This document shows positions 62,757 through 64,000 of a stretch of DNA of 64,000 bases, piece by piece. Origin of the DNA: an uncultured Gemmatimonadaceae bacterium (GTDB lineage: Bacteria > Gemmatimonadota > Gemmatimonadetes > Gemmatimonadales > Gemmatimonadaceae). The DNA lies in assembly GCA_963790305.1 (NCBI GenBank), contig CAWBOC010000003.1, positions 96,001 through 160,000 on the forward strand, written 5' to 3'. The notes beneath the pieces were generated by a model that was given only the letters and a program-made list of their open reading frames with translations, ran no database searches and had not been told where the DNA came from. A program made the position numbers and the translations under genes. Positions within the stretch are counted from its first letter, which is position 1; each line of letters starts with the position of its first letter.

Positions 62757-62845
62757 GATCGAGGGTGCTCCAGGGCGCCGAGGGCGATCGAGGTGACGTC
62801 GTTGCCTCGATCACCGCGGCGTCCTCGACGACCTCGATCGCCTCT
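62757..62845. repeat. Degenerate 9-mer palindromic repeat
   Basis: gatcgagggtgctccagggcgccgagggcgatcgagg pairs with cctcgatcaccgcggcgtcctcgacgacctcgatc. Confidence 0.6.
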
Positions 62846-63960
62846 ATTTATGCGCCCCTTCCTCTTGTAGAACGGCGTCTTCACCACCTCCGCCGGGACG
62901 CGCTTGCCGCGGATCTCGATCTCGATCGCCGTGCCTTCCTTCGCGGCGGCGGGCGGGAGATAGCAGGTGCCGATGGCGATGCCTAACGTCGGGCTCACGG
63001 TCCCGCTGCGGACGAGGCCGTGCGGCTTGCCGTCGTGGAGCACCGGGTAGCCGTGGCGCGGGAAGGCCTTGTCGCGCATGACGAAGCCCGACGAGCTTGC
63101 GCTCGAGGCCCTTCTCCTTCTGCCTGACGAGCGCCTCGCGTCCGACGAAGTCCCCCTTCTGCAGCTTCACCAGCCAGGCGAGGCCCGCCCTCGAGCGGCG
63201 TCGTCGTCGAATCGATGTCGTTGCCGTAGAGCGCGAATCCCATCTCGAGGCGCAGCGTGTCGCGCGCGCCGAGGCCGGCGGGCGTGACGTCGGTGTTCTC
63301 GGTGAGCGCGTCCCACATGCTCGCGGCGTACTCCGGGCGGAAGTAGAGCTCGAAGCCGTCTTCGCCGGTGTAGCCGGTGCGCGAGATGACGGTGGGCATC
63401 CCGGCCACCTCGCCTTCATCGAAGTGGTAGTAGGCGATGTCGCCGAGCTTCGTCTCGGTGAGCCGCGCCAGAATCTGCTCGGCCTTGGGACCCTGAAGCG
63501 CGAGGAGCGCGACGTCGTCGCTGAAATCCTCGAGCGTTACCTCGAAGCGCGACGCGTAGCGCGAGATATGCTCGAAGTCCTTTTCGCGGTTCGACGCGTT
63601 GACGACCATCATGATGCGGTCGGCGAAGCGATAGACGAGGCAGTCGTCCTCGATCGTGCCGCCCTCGTTGAGAATCGTGGAGTACTGCACCTGGCCGACC
63701 GCGAGGGCGGCGACGTCGTTCGAGGTCACGTAGTTGGTGAACGCCACCGCGTCCTTGCCCCGGACCATGAACTCGCCCATGTGGCTCACGTCGAACAGCC
63801 CGCAGCTCTCGCGCACCGCCTTATGCTCGGCGGTAATCCCGGCCGGGTATTGCACGGGCATCTCGTAGCCGGCGAAGGGCACGAGCTTGGCGCCCAGCGC
63901 GGCGTGGATGTCGTGGAACGGGGTGTAGCGGAGGTTCTGGGAGGCAGCTGAGAGCGACAT
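62844..63960 (-). CDS. gcvT: Glycine cleavage system aminomethyltransferase (frameshifted)
   Basis: FAGYEMPVQY, FDVSHMGE, ALQGP, SRTGYTGEDGFE, GLGARDTLRLE and KTPFY motifs. Confidence 0.95.
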
Positions 63961-64000
63961 AGGAGCTCCGGAGCTCGGGATCGGTCGGCGGAATATGCCC

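Noticed and set aside
18759..63960. Many split genes (idh-like, cstA, MFS, DUF885, M20, nucleotidyltransferase, ABC1 kinase, atpB, regulator, HD-GYP, bEBP, gcvT) as pseudogenes or programmed frameshifts
   Set aside because: Single-base indels hit essential genes too, motifs are intact, and I saw no in-frame stops or slippery sites. Long-read consensus error is the simplest explanation.

Overview
GC-rich bacterial chromosome segment, probably Gemmatimonadota (inferred from gene content and lineage-typical hypothetical families). Many otherwise intact genes, including atpB, gcvT and cstA, carry single-base frameshifts, which points to long-read consensus errors rather than pseudogenes. Core content: gpmI; an fdhD-mobA-mobB-dacB-moeA cluster; an acyl-CoA (glutaryl-CoA-like) dehydrogenase-etfBA-membrane Fe-S oxidoreductase cluster; cstA/ybdD; a LeuA-family synthase; a partial atp operon (atpZ/I-B-E-F-H, no atpAGDC) with a Rex-like operator; a PadR-permease pair; mogA; and gcvT. 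Intergenic spaces hold several families of tandem-repeat palindromes (7-, 9- and 10-mer units). The best candidate for an undescribed system is at about 54.8-62.2 kb. On the minus strand a pseudo-receiver sigma54 activator and a 241-aa hypothetical gene precede a structured leader, an unannotated 24-aa peptide ORF with a strong RBS (MEFLAGLVSGLMKFVFSGGSQMWI), and a multi-TM HD-GYP phosphodiesterase. These converge on a BTAD-NTPase-TPR regulator whose 3' part shares a lower-GC tract with the peptide and HD-GYP genes. This suggests a peptide-controlled cyclic-dinucleotide signalling cassette. Nearby, two divergent paralogous small genes flank a near-perfect CRP-type box.
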